Shown here piece after piece: positions 10,493 to 20,087 of a stretch of DNA of 64,000 nt. Within the stretch, counting starts at the first letter, position 1. Every line of letters begins with the position of its first letter. The DNA is from a virus: the IMG/VR virus record IMGVR_UViG_3300026484_000157, positions 1 through 64,000 of that record; one strand, written 5' to 3'. Under the pieces are notes generated by a model, which worked only from the letters and a program-made list of their open reading frames with translations, was not told the origin of the DNA and did no database searches. Both the position numbers and the translations under genes were made by a program.

Positions 10493-11279
10493 AACAAGAA
10501 ATGTAATATCATCAACACCAGAAGGTAAAAAATCTGGTTTCACAAACATAAAAATTAACTCATCGGATTTTGTGTTATCACAAATTTCAATTGTTGCTTC
10601 ATGTAATATTGTCGATGAACATGTAATAACACCTGCGACTGTTGAATATATTAATGAGAATCATAATGCATGGTCGAATGAAGATATGAAGAAATATTAT
10701 AAGTCATTCATTGGTGGTCATAATTTCCTTGAACATGAACAAAATGAAAAGAAGTCATATGGATTTATTGCCGATGCTACACTTAGAAAGAAAGAAGTAA
10801 ACGATGATGAATTCATCTATTCTGTTGAGCTATTAATAGCAACTGCAAAAAAGAATACTCCAAATGATAAAATAGCAAAGAAAATATCTGATGATAAACA
10901 AGCTTCATTTAGTATGGGATGCATGTCATCAGCAATAAAATGTTCATATTGTGGTCATGTATCAGTAAATGAAGATGATGACTGCAAACATATAAAGAAC
11001 CAATTAGGTAAACAGTTTGCAACAAACGATGGTGGATTATCTGAAATAGCAATGATTGTTTCAGATGCTACAACTGACTCAACTAAAGGTTATATAACAT
11101 TCATAGAAGCATCGGTAGTTTCTAACCCAGCTTATGTTGGTGCAGTGTTAGGTTATGTCCTTGATATAGAAGATAACAAGGACATCTATTTAAAGATTCC
11201 TAATGAAAACTTAAATAGACCAACATATAACGGTATAAAAACATGGCAATCAAAAAATATGATTACAGTACTAAAATAA
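10479..11279 (+). CDS. Prohead maturation protease
   Basis: FLEH, FSMGC, CSYCG..CKH insert, FIEASVVSNPA; follows the portal gene. Confidence 0.7.
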   Translation: MFLNRTRNVISSTPEGKKSGFTNIKINSSDFVLSQISIVASCNIVDEHVITPATVEYINENHNAWSNEDMKKYYKSFIGGHNFLEHEQNEKKSYGFIADATLRKKEVNDDEFIYSVELLIATAKKNTPNDKIAKKISDDKQASFSMGCMSSAIKCSYCGHVSVNEDDDCKHIKNQLGKQFATNDGGLSEIAMIVSDATTDSTKGYITFIEASVVSNPAYVGAVLGYVLDIEDNKDIYLKIPNENLNRPTYNGIKTWQSKNMITVLK

Positions 11280-11302
11280 ACTAATAAAAAGGAACAACTC
11301 GG

Positions 11303-13576
11303 ATGGATTTCACAGTAATAAAAAGAGATGGTACCATTGAAAAATGGGATTCACATAAGATCAAAAAAACGATACAATGGGCAGTTAACAATATTGAGGG
11401 TGTAGATGCTATGACTCTTGAAAACAGTCTAAAGTTATTTATTAAACCAAATATGCAATCTACAACAATTATCAGATCACTTATTGATACTACAATGAAT
11501 TTAATGGATGATGCCAATGAAAATTGGGGGCTTGTTGCAGGTAGACTAGCAATGATGGATTTAAACAAAGAAGTTAGATATAACATGTCTAAATTTCAAA
11601 AAGTGGATGTATCAAGAAAATTTGGATACAATAAAACATACGAGAAAATCTTATGGATGGTTGAAAATGGATATTATGACAAACAAGTAATATCTGAATA
11701 CTCTGAAGCAGAACTAAAAGAAGTTATAAGTCATATGAATCCTAATATGGATGACTGTTACACTTATTCTCAGGTTACTGCGATGCAAGGGCAATATCTA
11801 CTTAGAACAGGTGATGATTTAGTTATTGAACTTCCACAAGAGATGTACATAGCAATATCACTTATTGTTGCTTCGATTGAACATCCAGACAACAAAGTTG
11901 CACAAGCAATCAGATTCTATGAAGAAATTCATGAACAATTCATATCTCCAGCTACTCCAACTGTTGCAAATATGAGAATTCCAAATGGATCAGGAACATC
12001 TTGTTCAATTGTAGTACCTGGAGATTCTTTGGACCAAATCAGTCATGCACAAACTCAAATTAAGAAGGAAACTTCTAAGGGGACTGGTTTTGGCGAATAT
12101 ATGGGATTTGTAAGATCTAGAGGATCTGATATTGCAGGACACGAGGGTGTTGCAGGGGGACAAATTCCATATATAAATGAAATTAATGCTTCAATCATCT
12201 CTACTGATCAATTAGGTGTGAGAGATGGGAATATTGCAATTTACACAGATATTTGGCATGCTGATGTATTAGATTTTGTTTCTGATCTTAAGTCTGAAAA
12301 TGGTGATCAAAGATCTAAAGCACATGATATCTTCAGAGGTCTTAATATTCCAAATCTATTTTGGGAAAGAAAAAACAATAGAGAAAAATGGACATTATTT
12401 GATCCATATGAAGTTAAGAACATCTTAGGATTCCATCTTGCAGATACTTATGGTGCAGAATTTGAGGAAGCTTATTTAAAATTAGAATCTCTTGGTCTAA
12501 AATCAGCAGTCACAATAGAAGCAAGAAAATTTTGGATTTCAATTCTTAAAAAATTACCAGAAGAAGGCGATCCTTACATCTTTTTCAGAGACCATGTAAA
12601 TGAAGTTCATGCAAATAAACATATTAATGTTGTTTATGCTTCAAATCTTTGTACTGAAATAGCATCGATATTCACTCCAGATTCTGAAATTATTGAAGAA
12701 TTTGTATCAGAAGAGAATGGTGAGAGACACTCAATAGTAAAAAGAAAACTAGGGTATGCAACTACTTGTAACCTTGTTTCTATCAATCTATCAAAACTTC
12801 CAGAATGTAAAATAAGACAAGAACAAATCATGAGAACAGCACTTAGATTTGTTGATAATGTAGTATCACTTACAAAAAATGCTAATCCATCTGCAACTGC
12901 CTTTAATGAAGATTTCAGATCAACTGGTATTGGGTATTTAGGTTATGGACATTTCATTGCGAAAAACAAACTATTATATGGTAAAACTGATGCAATTAAA
13001 TTTACTGATGATTTATTGGCAGATTTGACTTATTACACATTGGATGAATCATGTGAGTTGGCAAAAGAAAAAGGTGCATATAAATTTTATGAGGGAAGCG
13101 AATGGTCGAAAGGAATATTCTTCGGACGGACTCTTGATCAATTACCAAGCAAATACAAAGATTTATATGCAAAAATGCAACTACACGGTCTTAGAAATGG
13201 TTACCTTTTTGCAATCGCACCAAATACTGGAACATCTGTTCTAACAGGTACGACTCCATCAATTTATCCAATCAAAGGATTTATTGCTGAAAAAGAAGGT
13301 ATTGCAGGTAATGTACTATCGGCAGTTCCTGAAATTGAAAAATATAGATGGTACTATAGAAACATCTCACAAGTAACTTATGAGGAATATCTATCAACAA
13401 TTGAGGTATTTCAGAAATGGGTGGATCAATCAATCTCGTGTGAGATTTATTTTATACCAGATCAACATACACCAAAAGATCTATATGACTTTTATGATAT
13501 AGCATTTAAGAAAAAGCAAAAAACTGTTTATTACTGTAAGAATAAAAGAATCACATGTAAATCATGTGCTAATTAA
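11303..13576 (+). CDS. nrdA: Ribonucleotide reductase class Ia alpha subunit
   Basis: ATP-cone VIKRDG, SPATP, SNLCTEI, TCNL, APNTG, YY pair, C-terminal CKSC. Confidence 0.96.
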   Translation: MDFTVIKRDGTIEKWDSHKIKKTIQWAVNNIEGVDAMTLENSLKLFIKPNMQSTTIIRSLIDTTMNLMDDANENWGLVAGRLAMMDLNKEVRYNMSKFQKVDVSRKFGYNKTYEKILWMVENGYYDKQVISEYSEAELKEVISHMNPNMDDCYTYSQVTAMQGQYLLRTGDDLVIELPQEMYIAISLIVASIEHPDNKVAQAIRFYEEIHEQFISPATPTVANMRIPNGSGTSCSIVVPGDSLDQISHAQTQIKKETSKGTGFGEYMGFVRSRGSDIAGHEGVAGGQIPYINEINASIISTDQLGVRDGNIAIYTDIWHADVLDFVSDLKSENGDQRSKAHDIFRGLNIPNLFWERKNNREKWTLFDPYEVKNILGFHLADTYGAEFEEAYLKLESLGLKSAVTIEARKFWISILKKLPEEGDPYIFFRDHVNEVHANKHINVVYASNLCTEIASIFTPDSEIIEEFVSEENGERHSIVKRKLGYATTCNLVSINLSKLPECKIRQEQIMRTALRFVDNVVSLTKNANPSATAFNEDFRSTGIGYLGYGHFIAKNKLLYGKTDAIKFTDDLLADLTYYTLDESCELAKEKGAYKFYEGSEWSKGIFFGRTLDQLPSKYKDLYAKMQLHGLRNGYLFAIAPNTGTSVLTGTTPSIYPIKGFIAEKEGIAGNVLSAVPEIEKYRWYYRNISQVTYEEYLSTIEVFQKWVDQSISCEIYFIPDQHTPKDLYDFYDIAFKKKQKTVYYCKNKRITCKSCAN

Positions 13577-13588
13577 AAGGACAAACAA

Positions 13589-14668
13589 ATGACACCACCA
13601 TCAGGATTTTCAGATGCTAAGAAGATGACTCTTCTAACTAAGCTTCAAATGTTCAATTCAGAAGGACAATCTTTCAATAACCCAATTATTGGAGGTAACC
13701 CAACTGGGTTACTTGTAACAAATATGTCTAGATATAAAAAAGACATATTTAGATTATATCAATATGGAGTTTCAATTCATTGGATTCCAGAGAAAGTAGA
13801 TTTATCTAATGATAAGAAAGACTATTTATGTTTGTTACCAGAAGATAAATATGGATATGATCACATATTATCATTTTTGATATTTTTGGATTCAATTCAG
13901 ACTATACACCCAATGCAATTGGCTATGTTCCTTACTGCACCTGAGTTCAATCTATTACTAGCTATTCAAACATTTCAGGAGGCTATACACTCTCAATCTT
14001 ATTCATTCATAACTGAAACTGTAATGACAGAAGAACAAAGAGAAAGAGTATATGATCTATGGAGACATAATCCAGTTCTGAAAAAAAGAAACAAATATAT
14101 AGCAGGAACTTATCAAAATTTTATTGATAATCCAACTACTGAGAATTTTTGTAAGGCGATTTTGGCTAATTATATATTGGAAGGTATCTATTTCTATAAT
14201 GGATTTAAATTCTTTTACAATCTTGCTGAAAGAGGACAAATGAATGGATCATCTGATATTATCAAACTGATAAATAGAGATGAGGTTTACCACATTTTAA
14301 TCTATGAATTATTCATAGATGTACTTAAATCAGAAGGTCACTGGGTACTTACAAAAGAAGATGAAGAAGCATTTTTTGAAGAGGCAGTAATGCAAGAAAT
14401 TGAATTTTCTGTTGGTGCACTAGAAGAATGTCTAGGGTTCTCAAGACCGATAATCGAGGAATATACTTATTACTTGGCAAATAAGAGATTAACTGCAATT
14501 GGGAACACAGACAACAAATGGAAAAACTATACAAAGAACCCAAGAAGAAAATATGATTCAATCATTGAAGCAGATGGTGAGGTGGAATCAGATGAAAATG
14601 TATTCACTGGTGGCTCAACTGCTTATGTTAAAGCGGATTCATTAGAAGGGTGGGATGACCTTGAATAA
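13589..14668 (+). CDS. nrdB: Ribonucleotide reductase class I beta subunit
   Basis: WIPE, LDSIQ, EAIHSQSY, LEGIYFY, RDEVYH di-metal ligands and radical Tyr. Confidence 0.95.
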   Translation: MTPPSGFSDAKKMTLLTKLQMFNSEGQSFNNPIIGGNPTGLLVTNMSRYKKDIFRLYQYGVSIHWIPEKVDLSNDKKDYLCLLPEDKYGYDHILSFLIFLDSIQTIHPMQLAMFLTAPEFNLLLAIQTFQEAIHSQSYSFITETVMTEEQRERVYDLWRHNPVLKKRNKYIAGTYQNFIDNPTTENFCKAILANYILEGIYFYNGFKFFYNLAERGQMNGSSDIIKLINRDEVYHILIYELFIDVLKSEGHWVLTKEDEEAFFEEAVMQEIEFSVGALEECLGFSRPIIEEYTYYLANKRLTAIGNTDNKWKNYTKNPRRKYDSIIEADGEVESDENVFTGGSTAYVKADSLEGWDDLE

Positions 14669-14840
14669 GGTTACCCACAAAAAGGAGATTAAAGTGAGTG
14701 ATAATACAGCAGGAGTGATTATAGTAGCATTATTGATTTTATTTTCATTAATGACCTTAGATGGTTCAAATGGTGATGACATGTTAGATGCTACAATAAA
14801 ATATATAGAGAAGGATAAACAATGTATGAATACAAAGTAA
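14655..14840 (+). CDS. Small membrane protein
   Basis: Single hydrophobic segment GVIIVALLILFSLM; the true start may be the internal GTG after AAGGAG. Confidence 0.5.
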   Translation: MTLNKVTHKKEIKVSDNTAGVIIVALLILFSLMTLDGSNGDDMLDATIKYIEKDKQCMNTK

Positions 14841-15181
14841 ACATTGAAAGATTCAAAGACAAAGATGCATATGATGGGGATACTGTTAAGTTATTTGTAG
14901 ACTTAGGGTTTCATTTAGAGTCTAAAATAACATTAAGATTGGCAAATATTAACACACCAGAGGTTAATAGAAAAGATGAAAAAGAAGCAGGTATTAAATC
15001 TAGGGATTGGTTGAGATCTAAGCTTAACGATGCAAGAGATAATAAACTACCTGTCCATATCAAAACATATAAAGATAAAACTGGCAAATATGGTAGATTA
15101 ATTGCAGATCTATTTGTTGGCGATATGAATTTAAATCTTGAAATGGTTAAATTGGGACTGGCTGAAGAAAAGAATTATTAA
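14822..15181 (+). CDS. Thermonuclease (SNase-like)
   Basis: YDGDT, RLANINTPE, GKYGRLIA, LVKLGLA-type motifs. Confidence 0.9.
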   Translation: MYEYKVNIERFKDKDAYDGDTVKLFVDLGFHLESKITLRLANINTPEVNRKDEKEAGIKSRDWLRSKLNDARDNKLPVHIKTYKDKTGKYGRLIADLFVGDMNLNLEMVKLGLAEEKNY

Positions 15182-15186
15182 AACTT

Positions 15187-15235
15187 TTATCCTTTAATTT
15201 TATAAGAACATAACAGCTTCAAAATTAAAGGATAA
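15187..15235 (+). promoter_or_regulatory. 15-bp perfect inverted repeat occluding the RBS of the 15240 gene
   Basis: TTATCCTTTAATTTT (15187-15201) pairs with AAAATTAAAGGATAA (15221-15235), which contains AAGGA. Confidence 0.7.
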
Positions 15236-15239
15236 CAAC

Positions 15240-15488
15240 ATGAAAACATTTAATGAATCGAAAATCGATCTAATCACATCGAGAAAACTTCTACGAAAAA
15301 TCAAAATCGAAAAACAACTAGACAAAGAAATCACAGAATACCTTTATGGTAAAACACCTATGTTTGCTCCTGAACCACAAAGACTGATCTTAATAGACTC
15401 AGAAGAATCTAGACTTAAAGACTTAATATACATATCGAAGTCTAGAATGAGAAGAATAACAAGAAGACAAAGAAAATCGGTAGCATAA
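15240..15488 (+). CDS. Hypothetical basic protein
   Basis: AAGGA RBS, 82 aa. Confidence 0.6.
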   Translation: MKTFNESKIDLITSRKLLRKIKIEKQLDKEITEYLYGKTPMFAPEPQRLILIDSEESRLKDLIYISKSRMRRITRRQRKSVA

Positions 15489-15497
15489 GGATTAATA

Positions 15498-15866
15498 ATG
15501 TTTGGAAAATCAATAAAATTATCAATGGAAGAATGGAATCAAATAACATCTAAGTACGATTCCATGTCGCAAATGCTAAAAGAGGAAAAATTAATCACAT
15601 CGAAATTAATTGATCAAAATGGCAAATTAATAAATGAAATTGCAGACTTAAGAAAAGATGACATATTTCATGTTGCTAATGATAATCTAAGAAAGGAAAA
15701 TAAAACTCTAAGTGAAGAGAACAAAAAGTTAAGAAAAACAATAAATGAGATGTTGGCTCTTGAACAAATTCTATTAGAGAAGATTGAATCAGTGGCTGAT
15801 CTGACTTATAAGAGACCTAAGACATTACAAACTCAAATAAACACAATTTTAGACATGAAGGTATAA
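15498..15866 (+). CDS. Hypothetical coiled-coil protein
   Basis: AAGGA RBS, heptad pattern. Confidence 0.6.
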   Translation: MFGKSIKLSMEEWNQITSKYDSMSQMLKEEKLITSKLIDQNGKLINEIADLRKDDIFHVANDNLRKENKTLSEENKKLRKTINEMLALEQILLEKIESVADLTYKRPKTLQTQINTILDMKV

Positions 15867-15868
15867 AT

Positions 15869-16465
15869 ATGAATAAATATGATCAACCAATGATGAAAAC
15901 GGCACACATATGGGCAGAGCAATCATACTGTAAGAGAAGACAAGTTGGTGCAGTTCTTGAAAAAGACGGAAGAATATTGGCAACTGGATACAATGGAACA
16001 ATATCAAAGATGAGCAACGAATGTGAAGATAAATACTACGAATGCCCAAATTGTAACACTAAAAAATCAAAATTATATGATCTTGTAGATCTACCAAAAC
16101 AGGATATCACTTATCCACTGTATATGGAAATTACATCTAATTGTAAACAATGTAATACACCATTAATGACTTTTATGTCTAATAGTAGAACATTAGAAGA
16201 AAGACATTCAGAAGTAATGATAACACTAGAGACCAATGAATTTACAGTTCATGCAGAACAAAACATTATTACATTTTGTGCAAAAAACGGGATTCCAACA
16301 AATGGCACTACTTTATATATAACAACTAGCCCTTGTAAGCAATGTGCAAAGTTAATAGCACAATCAGGAATAAAATCCGTAGTGTATGATGAAGAGTATA
16401 AGGACAAATCTGGTATAAACTTTTTGAAAGAAGTAGGTGTAAATACTTCAAAATATAAAGGATAA
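15869..16465 (+). CDS. dCMP deaminase with a zinc-ribbon insertion
   Basis: S.CKRRQVGAV, ATGYNG, HAEQN, PCKQC; insert CPNC...CKQC. Confidence 0.9.
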   Translation: MNKYDQPMMKTAHIWAEQSYCKRRQVGAVLEKDGRILATGYNGTISKMSNECEDKYYECPNCNTKKSKLYDLVDLPKQDITYPLYMEITSNCKQCNTPLMTFMSNSRTLEERHSEVMITLETNEFTVHAEQNIITFCAKNGIPTNGTTLYITTSPCKQCAKLIAQSGIKSVVYDEEYKDKSGINFLKEVGVNTSKYKG

Positions 16466-16469
16466 AAAG

Positions 16470-16667
16470 ATGCTAAGAGAACTTATTTCTGCATTCATAC
16501 CTATACGAATGGGTATGATAAATGACACACCCTCTTATTGGCGAAAGAGATTATTTCACAAGGGGTACCAGATCTTATTAAAAAGATCTGGCGAAAACGA
16601 GTATTATATACATCATGGAAACTATGATACACTAACTGAAGTTTTCGAGGAGATTGTAGCAAAATGA
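16470..16667 (+). CDS. Hypothetical protein
   Basis: AAGGA RBS, 65 aa. Confidence 0.55.
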   Translation: MLRELISAFIPIRMGMINDTPSYWRKRLFHKGYQILLKRSGENEYYIHHGNYDTLTEVFEEIVAK

Positions 16668-17047
16668 TATACACTTCTTATTATGGCAATTGGAGAAATT
16701 TTCCAGAGGATTACAAATTGGTTTCTACCTCAGTACACAATCCTGATGGTCATAAATATTTGAAGGCTAAACCATTAAGACCACCTTATGATCTATGGAA
16801 AGCCTATAAATATGAGAATCTATCATGGGAAGATTATACAACATGGTATACTCGTGAAGTATTAGACAAACTAAGCCCAGATAAAATAGCAAAGAAATTA
16901 GATGGATCTATACTATTGTGCTTCTGTCATGCTAAATCCAATTGCCATCGACATCTTCTGAGAGAATGGATGATTAAACATGGTATCAATGTACAAGAAT
17001 TAAAATATAAAGGAATGAAAAATGAAGAAATATCACAAGAGAATTAA
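16664..17047 (+). CDS. DUF488-like protein
   Basis: IYTSYY, L.PP..L, LLCFC..CHRHLL..W. Confidence 0.7.
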   Translation: MIYTSYYGNWRNFPEDYKLVSTSVHNPDGHKYLKAKPLRPPYDLWKAYKYENLSWEDYTTWYTREVLDKLSPDKIAKKLDGSILLCFCHAKSNCHRHLLREWMIKHGINVQELKYKGMKNEEISQEN

Positions 17048-17246
17048 TATTTCAGGTCTGTCGGAAGCAGAAACAAGAAGATTGATTAAACTAATACACC
17101 TAATGAGTTATGGAACACAAGATTACAAGATTAACTACTATGGAACAGACAAAGAGATGATTATTACTAATAGAGATCTACATAAAGACATGAAGATAAT
17201 CAGAAAGACAAGTTACAATAAACATAATGGTTACAATAAAAGATAA
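17022..17246 (+). CDS. Hypothetical protein
   Basis: AAGGA RBS, 74 aa. Confidence 0.55.
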   Translation: MKKYHKRINISGLSEAETRRLIKLIHLMSYGTQDYKINYYGTDKEMIITNRDLHKDMKIIRKTSYNKHNGYNKR

Positions 17247-17267
17247 CTAATAAAAAGGACTCGGAAA

Positions 17268-18050
17268 ATGAATAAATTTCAAAATATATTAGATAGGGCA
17301 ATGCATATTGAAATAAAGGCAGACCCATACACTGGAGATTTTCACTCTGCTAATACAAGAGCAGTATTTAGTGACGAATTCCACTCAAAGTTCATATCAC
17401 CAATAAAAGAAGATCAGATAAAGGCAAAATCGCTAAGAGCAATTGGTAAAGGTCTTGGGTTATCATTATTATATCAAGCATCAAGAAGATCTGCAGGTTA
17501 TACACTATTTTACAATTCAAATGTTGGGGATAGCCCAGAAGAGGCACAAAAATTTGCTGATAAATGGTATAATGGTGTTCCAAACTTTACAAAATCACTA
17601 AAGGACAGAATTGCTGATGGTCATGCCAAAGGATATACTACTAATGCATTTGGTAGAATTAGATATATTCCAAAGATTAATATTGAAGGGTATGAGAATC
17701 GCAAAACAAAAGAATATAACGAAAGAATTGCTACTAACTTTGCAGTACAAGGTCTTGGCTCTGAACAGATCAAATTGGGACTAAAAGAAGTTAACAATTT
17801 TGCTGAAAATAATCAATTAAATTTACATCAAGGCAATCTATCAAATATCAAGGATTTCTATACTAGAATTTTGTCTATTGATGTTGCAAATCCACATCTA
17901 GATGAATTTATGTCGATAGTAGACACATTTGAAGATGGCAACTGTAAGTTGTTGGTATCTGATGGGAATGAACTACAACAAGAATACTCAAGAAGTTTGA
18001 GAATAACGGCAAATATAATCAATGAATTTGGTCTTAAAATTTTATGGTAA
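17268..18050 (+). CDS. Family A DNA polymerase fragment (fingers, motif B, N..VQG); lacks motifs A and C
   Basis: GDFH, R...K...L..LY (motif B), GYTTNAFGRIR, ERIATNFAVQG..SE..K. Confidence 0.85.
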   Translation: MNKFQNILDRAMHIEIKADPYTGDFHSANTRAVFSDEFHSKFISPIKEDQIKAKSLRAIGKGLGLSLLYQASRRSAGYTLFYNSNVGDSPEEAQKFADKWYNGVPNFTKSLKDRIADGHAKGYTTNAFGRIRYIPKINIEGYENRKTKEYNERIATNFAVQGLGSEQIKLGLKEVNNFAENNQLNLHQGNLSNIKDFYTRILSIDVANPHLDEFMSIVDTFEDGNCKLLVSDGNELQQEYSRSLRITANIINEFGLKILW

Positions 18051-18108
18051 TTAATCAACAAATAAACACTGCCTATTATGAAGATAACAACTATAAAAAG
18101 GACAAATA

Positions 18109-19452
18109 ATGCAACCAAGTGATTTAAAACAGCTAGTAACTCAAGAACAATTAGTATTTCTAACAGGTAGTGCAGGGACTGGTAAATCAACTTTAACTAG
18201 AGAATTAATAAAAATGGTAAATAATCCAATAATTTTAGGATCAACTGGTGTTGCATCTGTATTGGTTGGTGGACAAACATATCATAGTTTCTTTAGAATT
18301 AATGGGTCATCGACTCTAACTGAATTAAAATCAGGAGATGAGAGTTTCTGTAAATCTACAGGGATGACAATTCAACAAATTTTATCTAAAATGACAAGAG
18401 CAATTCAAAGTGCAGATATGATCATAATTGATGAAGTATCAATGATATCAAGAGATCATATGGAGTGTATTGAATATCGTCTTCAACAGGCTTGTGTTGA
18501 TATTCCAATTTTATTTGTTGGCGACATGTTACAACTTCCACCAGTAGTAAAATCTGCCAACACTAAGTATTCACCACATGAGAATTTTATTGTAAATCAT
18601 CCATGGTGGGAACATGTAACACCAGTTATGCTTCAAAAAATATGGAGAACAGATGATTTGGATTTCATTTCTGCACTGAATAAAATAAGAGAAGGTACTG
18701 TTGATGACGAGGTTAAGACATTTTTAAAATCACATAGACTTACACCTGATAAATTTGCAAAAATTGATAAAACAAAGTTCACATTTTTGTTTGGTACTAA
18801 TAGCAAAGTAAGACAAAAGAATATAAATGAATTATCAAAGCTTGAGACTAAATCACATATATTCAACCCAAAGCTCATACCAATGGCAATAACACCAAAA
18901 AATAAAGATTATGATACATTCTTGGACAACAATAAAATTTCTACCAATTTAGAATTAAAAGTTGGTGCAAGGGTTATGCTCATTAAGAATAAAAACGACT
19001 ATGAGAATGAGAGTCAATCTTATGTGAATGGTGACACTGGGGTAATTACTGATATCGATTGCAGTTCTACACCAACGATCACAATCAAAAGAGACAGAGA
19101 TGGTGGGATATTATATGTAACTGAGGTTGAATTTGAGAAAATAAAATATGAGAACACTGGTGGAAGTCTTCAAAAAATAGATGAATTTAAAGTCACTGCT
19201 CTTCCAATCATGTTGGCTTATGCAATTACAATTCATAAATCTCAAGGTATGTCTATTTCACATCTTATTATTGATGCAGATGACCTTTTTGCTGATTCCC
19301 AATTCTATGTAGCAGTTTCAAGATCATCAGACCCTAAAAATTTATATATTAGCTGGAAAAAAGAAAGAACTAATATGTTAATACATGCAATAACTAAGGT
19401 TAATAAGAAAATGGTTAACTATTATAAATCTTTAGAGAATAAAGGGGATTAA
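18109..19452 (+). CDS. Pif1/RecD-like SF1B DNA helicase
   Basis: GSAGTGKS, IIDEVSM, GDMLQLPPV, AYAITIHKSQG, YVAVSR. Confidence 0.92.
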   Translation: MQPSDLKQLVTQEQLVFLTGSAGTGKSTLTRELIKMVNNPIILGSTGVASVLVGGQTYHSFFRINGSSTLTELKSGDESFCKSTGMTIQQILSKMTRAIQSADMIIIDEVSMISRDHMECIEYRLQQACVDIPILFVGDMLQLPPVVKSANTKYSPHENFIVNHPWWEHVTPVMLQKIWRTDDLDFISALNKIREGTVDDEVKTFLKSHRLTPDKFAKIDKTKFTFLFGTNSKVRQKNINELSKLETKSHIFNPKLIPMAITPKNKDYDTFLDNNKISTNLELKVGARVMLIKNKNDYENESQSYVNGDTGVITDIDCSSTPTITIKRDRDGGILYVTEVEFEKIKYENTGGSLQKIDEFKVTALPIMLAYAITIHKSQGMSISHLIIDADDLFADSQFYVAVSRSSDPKNLYISWKKERTNMLIHAITKVNKKMVNYYKSLENKGD

Positions 19453-19453
19453 A

Positions 19454-20074
19454 ATGTGGAAGGATATAAGTGGCAAAACATTATATGATTTCAAAAGGAA
19501 TATACACCAAGATTATTTGGCAACATTCCTAGCAATTCATGATGAGTGGGATATTATCATAGATAAACACCTGCTCCAACCAATAAGTGTAAAAATAAGT
19601 GATATCCTAGAAAATCGTAAAATATTCAGTAAGTTAGGATACTCATTTGTAAGATTTAAGTTTGATATTGAATTTGACAGCGAACATGGATCATTTGTGC
19701 CAGAATCATCTATGAATGCCTTTAACTACTCTCTAAAACGATTTAAAAGATTAGATGATAGTTATGCTAATGGCAGTGAAGATTCTTCTGTGCAACAGAA
19801 CCAAACAGAAACTGTAACTGCACCTATAACTGAGTCTGTTGTTGAAAACGAAGAGCCAGAAATAGAAATACTAAAAATTCAAATAAACATGACAAAAGTA
19901 AAAGAAGCCAAGTTCGAAGGTGTTTTGAAAATACTATCATCATATGAAGGTGTTGATTGCGAACTATATGTAGAGCACAACGGCAATATCTACAAACAAG
20001 ACAAACTATTAGACTATTCTAAACTATCTGCATTTATTGAAAAATCAGGAATTCCATCTTCTACAATTAAATAA
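19454..20074 (+). CDS. Family A DNA polymerase C-terminal fragment (motif C) with an extra C-terminal domain
   Basis: FLAIHDEWDII (HDE at 19538-19546), then ILEN..FKFDIEF..GSF as in PolA C-termini; acidic linker and a further ~70-aa domain. Confidence 0.7.
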   Translation: MWKDISGKTLYDFKRNIHQDYLATFLAIHDEWDIIIDKHLLQPISVKISDILENRKIFSKLGYSFVRFKFDIEFDSEHGSFVPESSMNAFNYSLKRFKRLDDSYANGSEDSSVQQNQTETVTAPITESVVENEEPEIEILKIQINMTKVKEAKFEGVLKILSSYEGVDCELYVEHNGNIYKQDKLLDYSKLSAFIEKSGIPSSTIK

Positions 20075-20087
20075 GCATGTTTTTATC

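Noticed and set aside
18051-19453. Self-splicing intron or ribosomal bypass joining the polymerase pieces
   Set aside because: Only 58 nt and 1 nt of non-coding sequence flank the helicase, leaving no room for a group I/II core; a 1.4-kb hop is far beyond known bypassing, and piece 2 has its own RBS and ATG.
19454-19546. N-terminus of polymerase piece 2 (GKTLYDF...HQ..LA...IHD) loosely resembles a split-intein C-fragment
   Set aside because: The residue after HD is Glu, not Cys/Ser/Thr; splicing would remove catalytic motif C; piece 1 has no convincing intein N-fragment.
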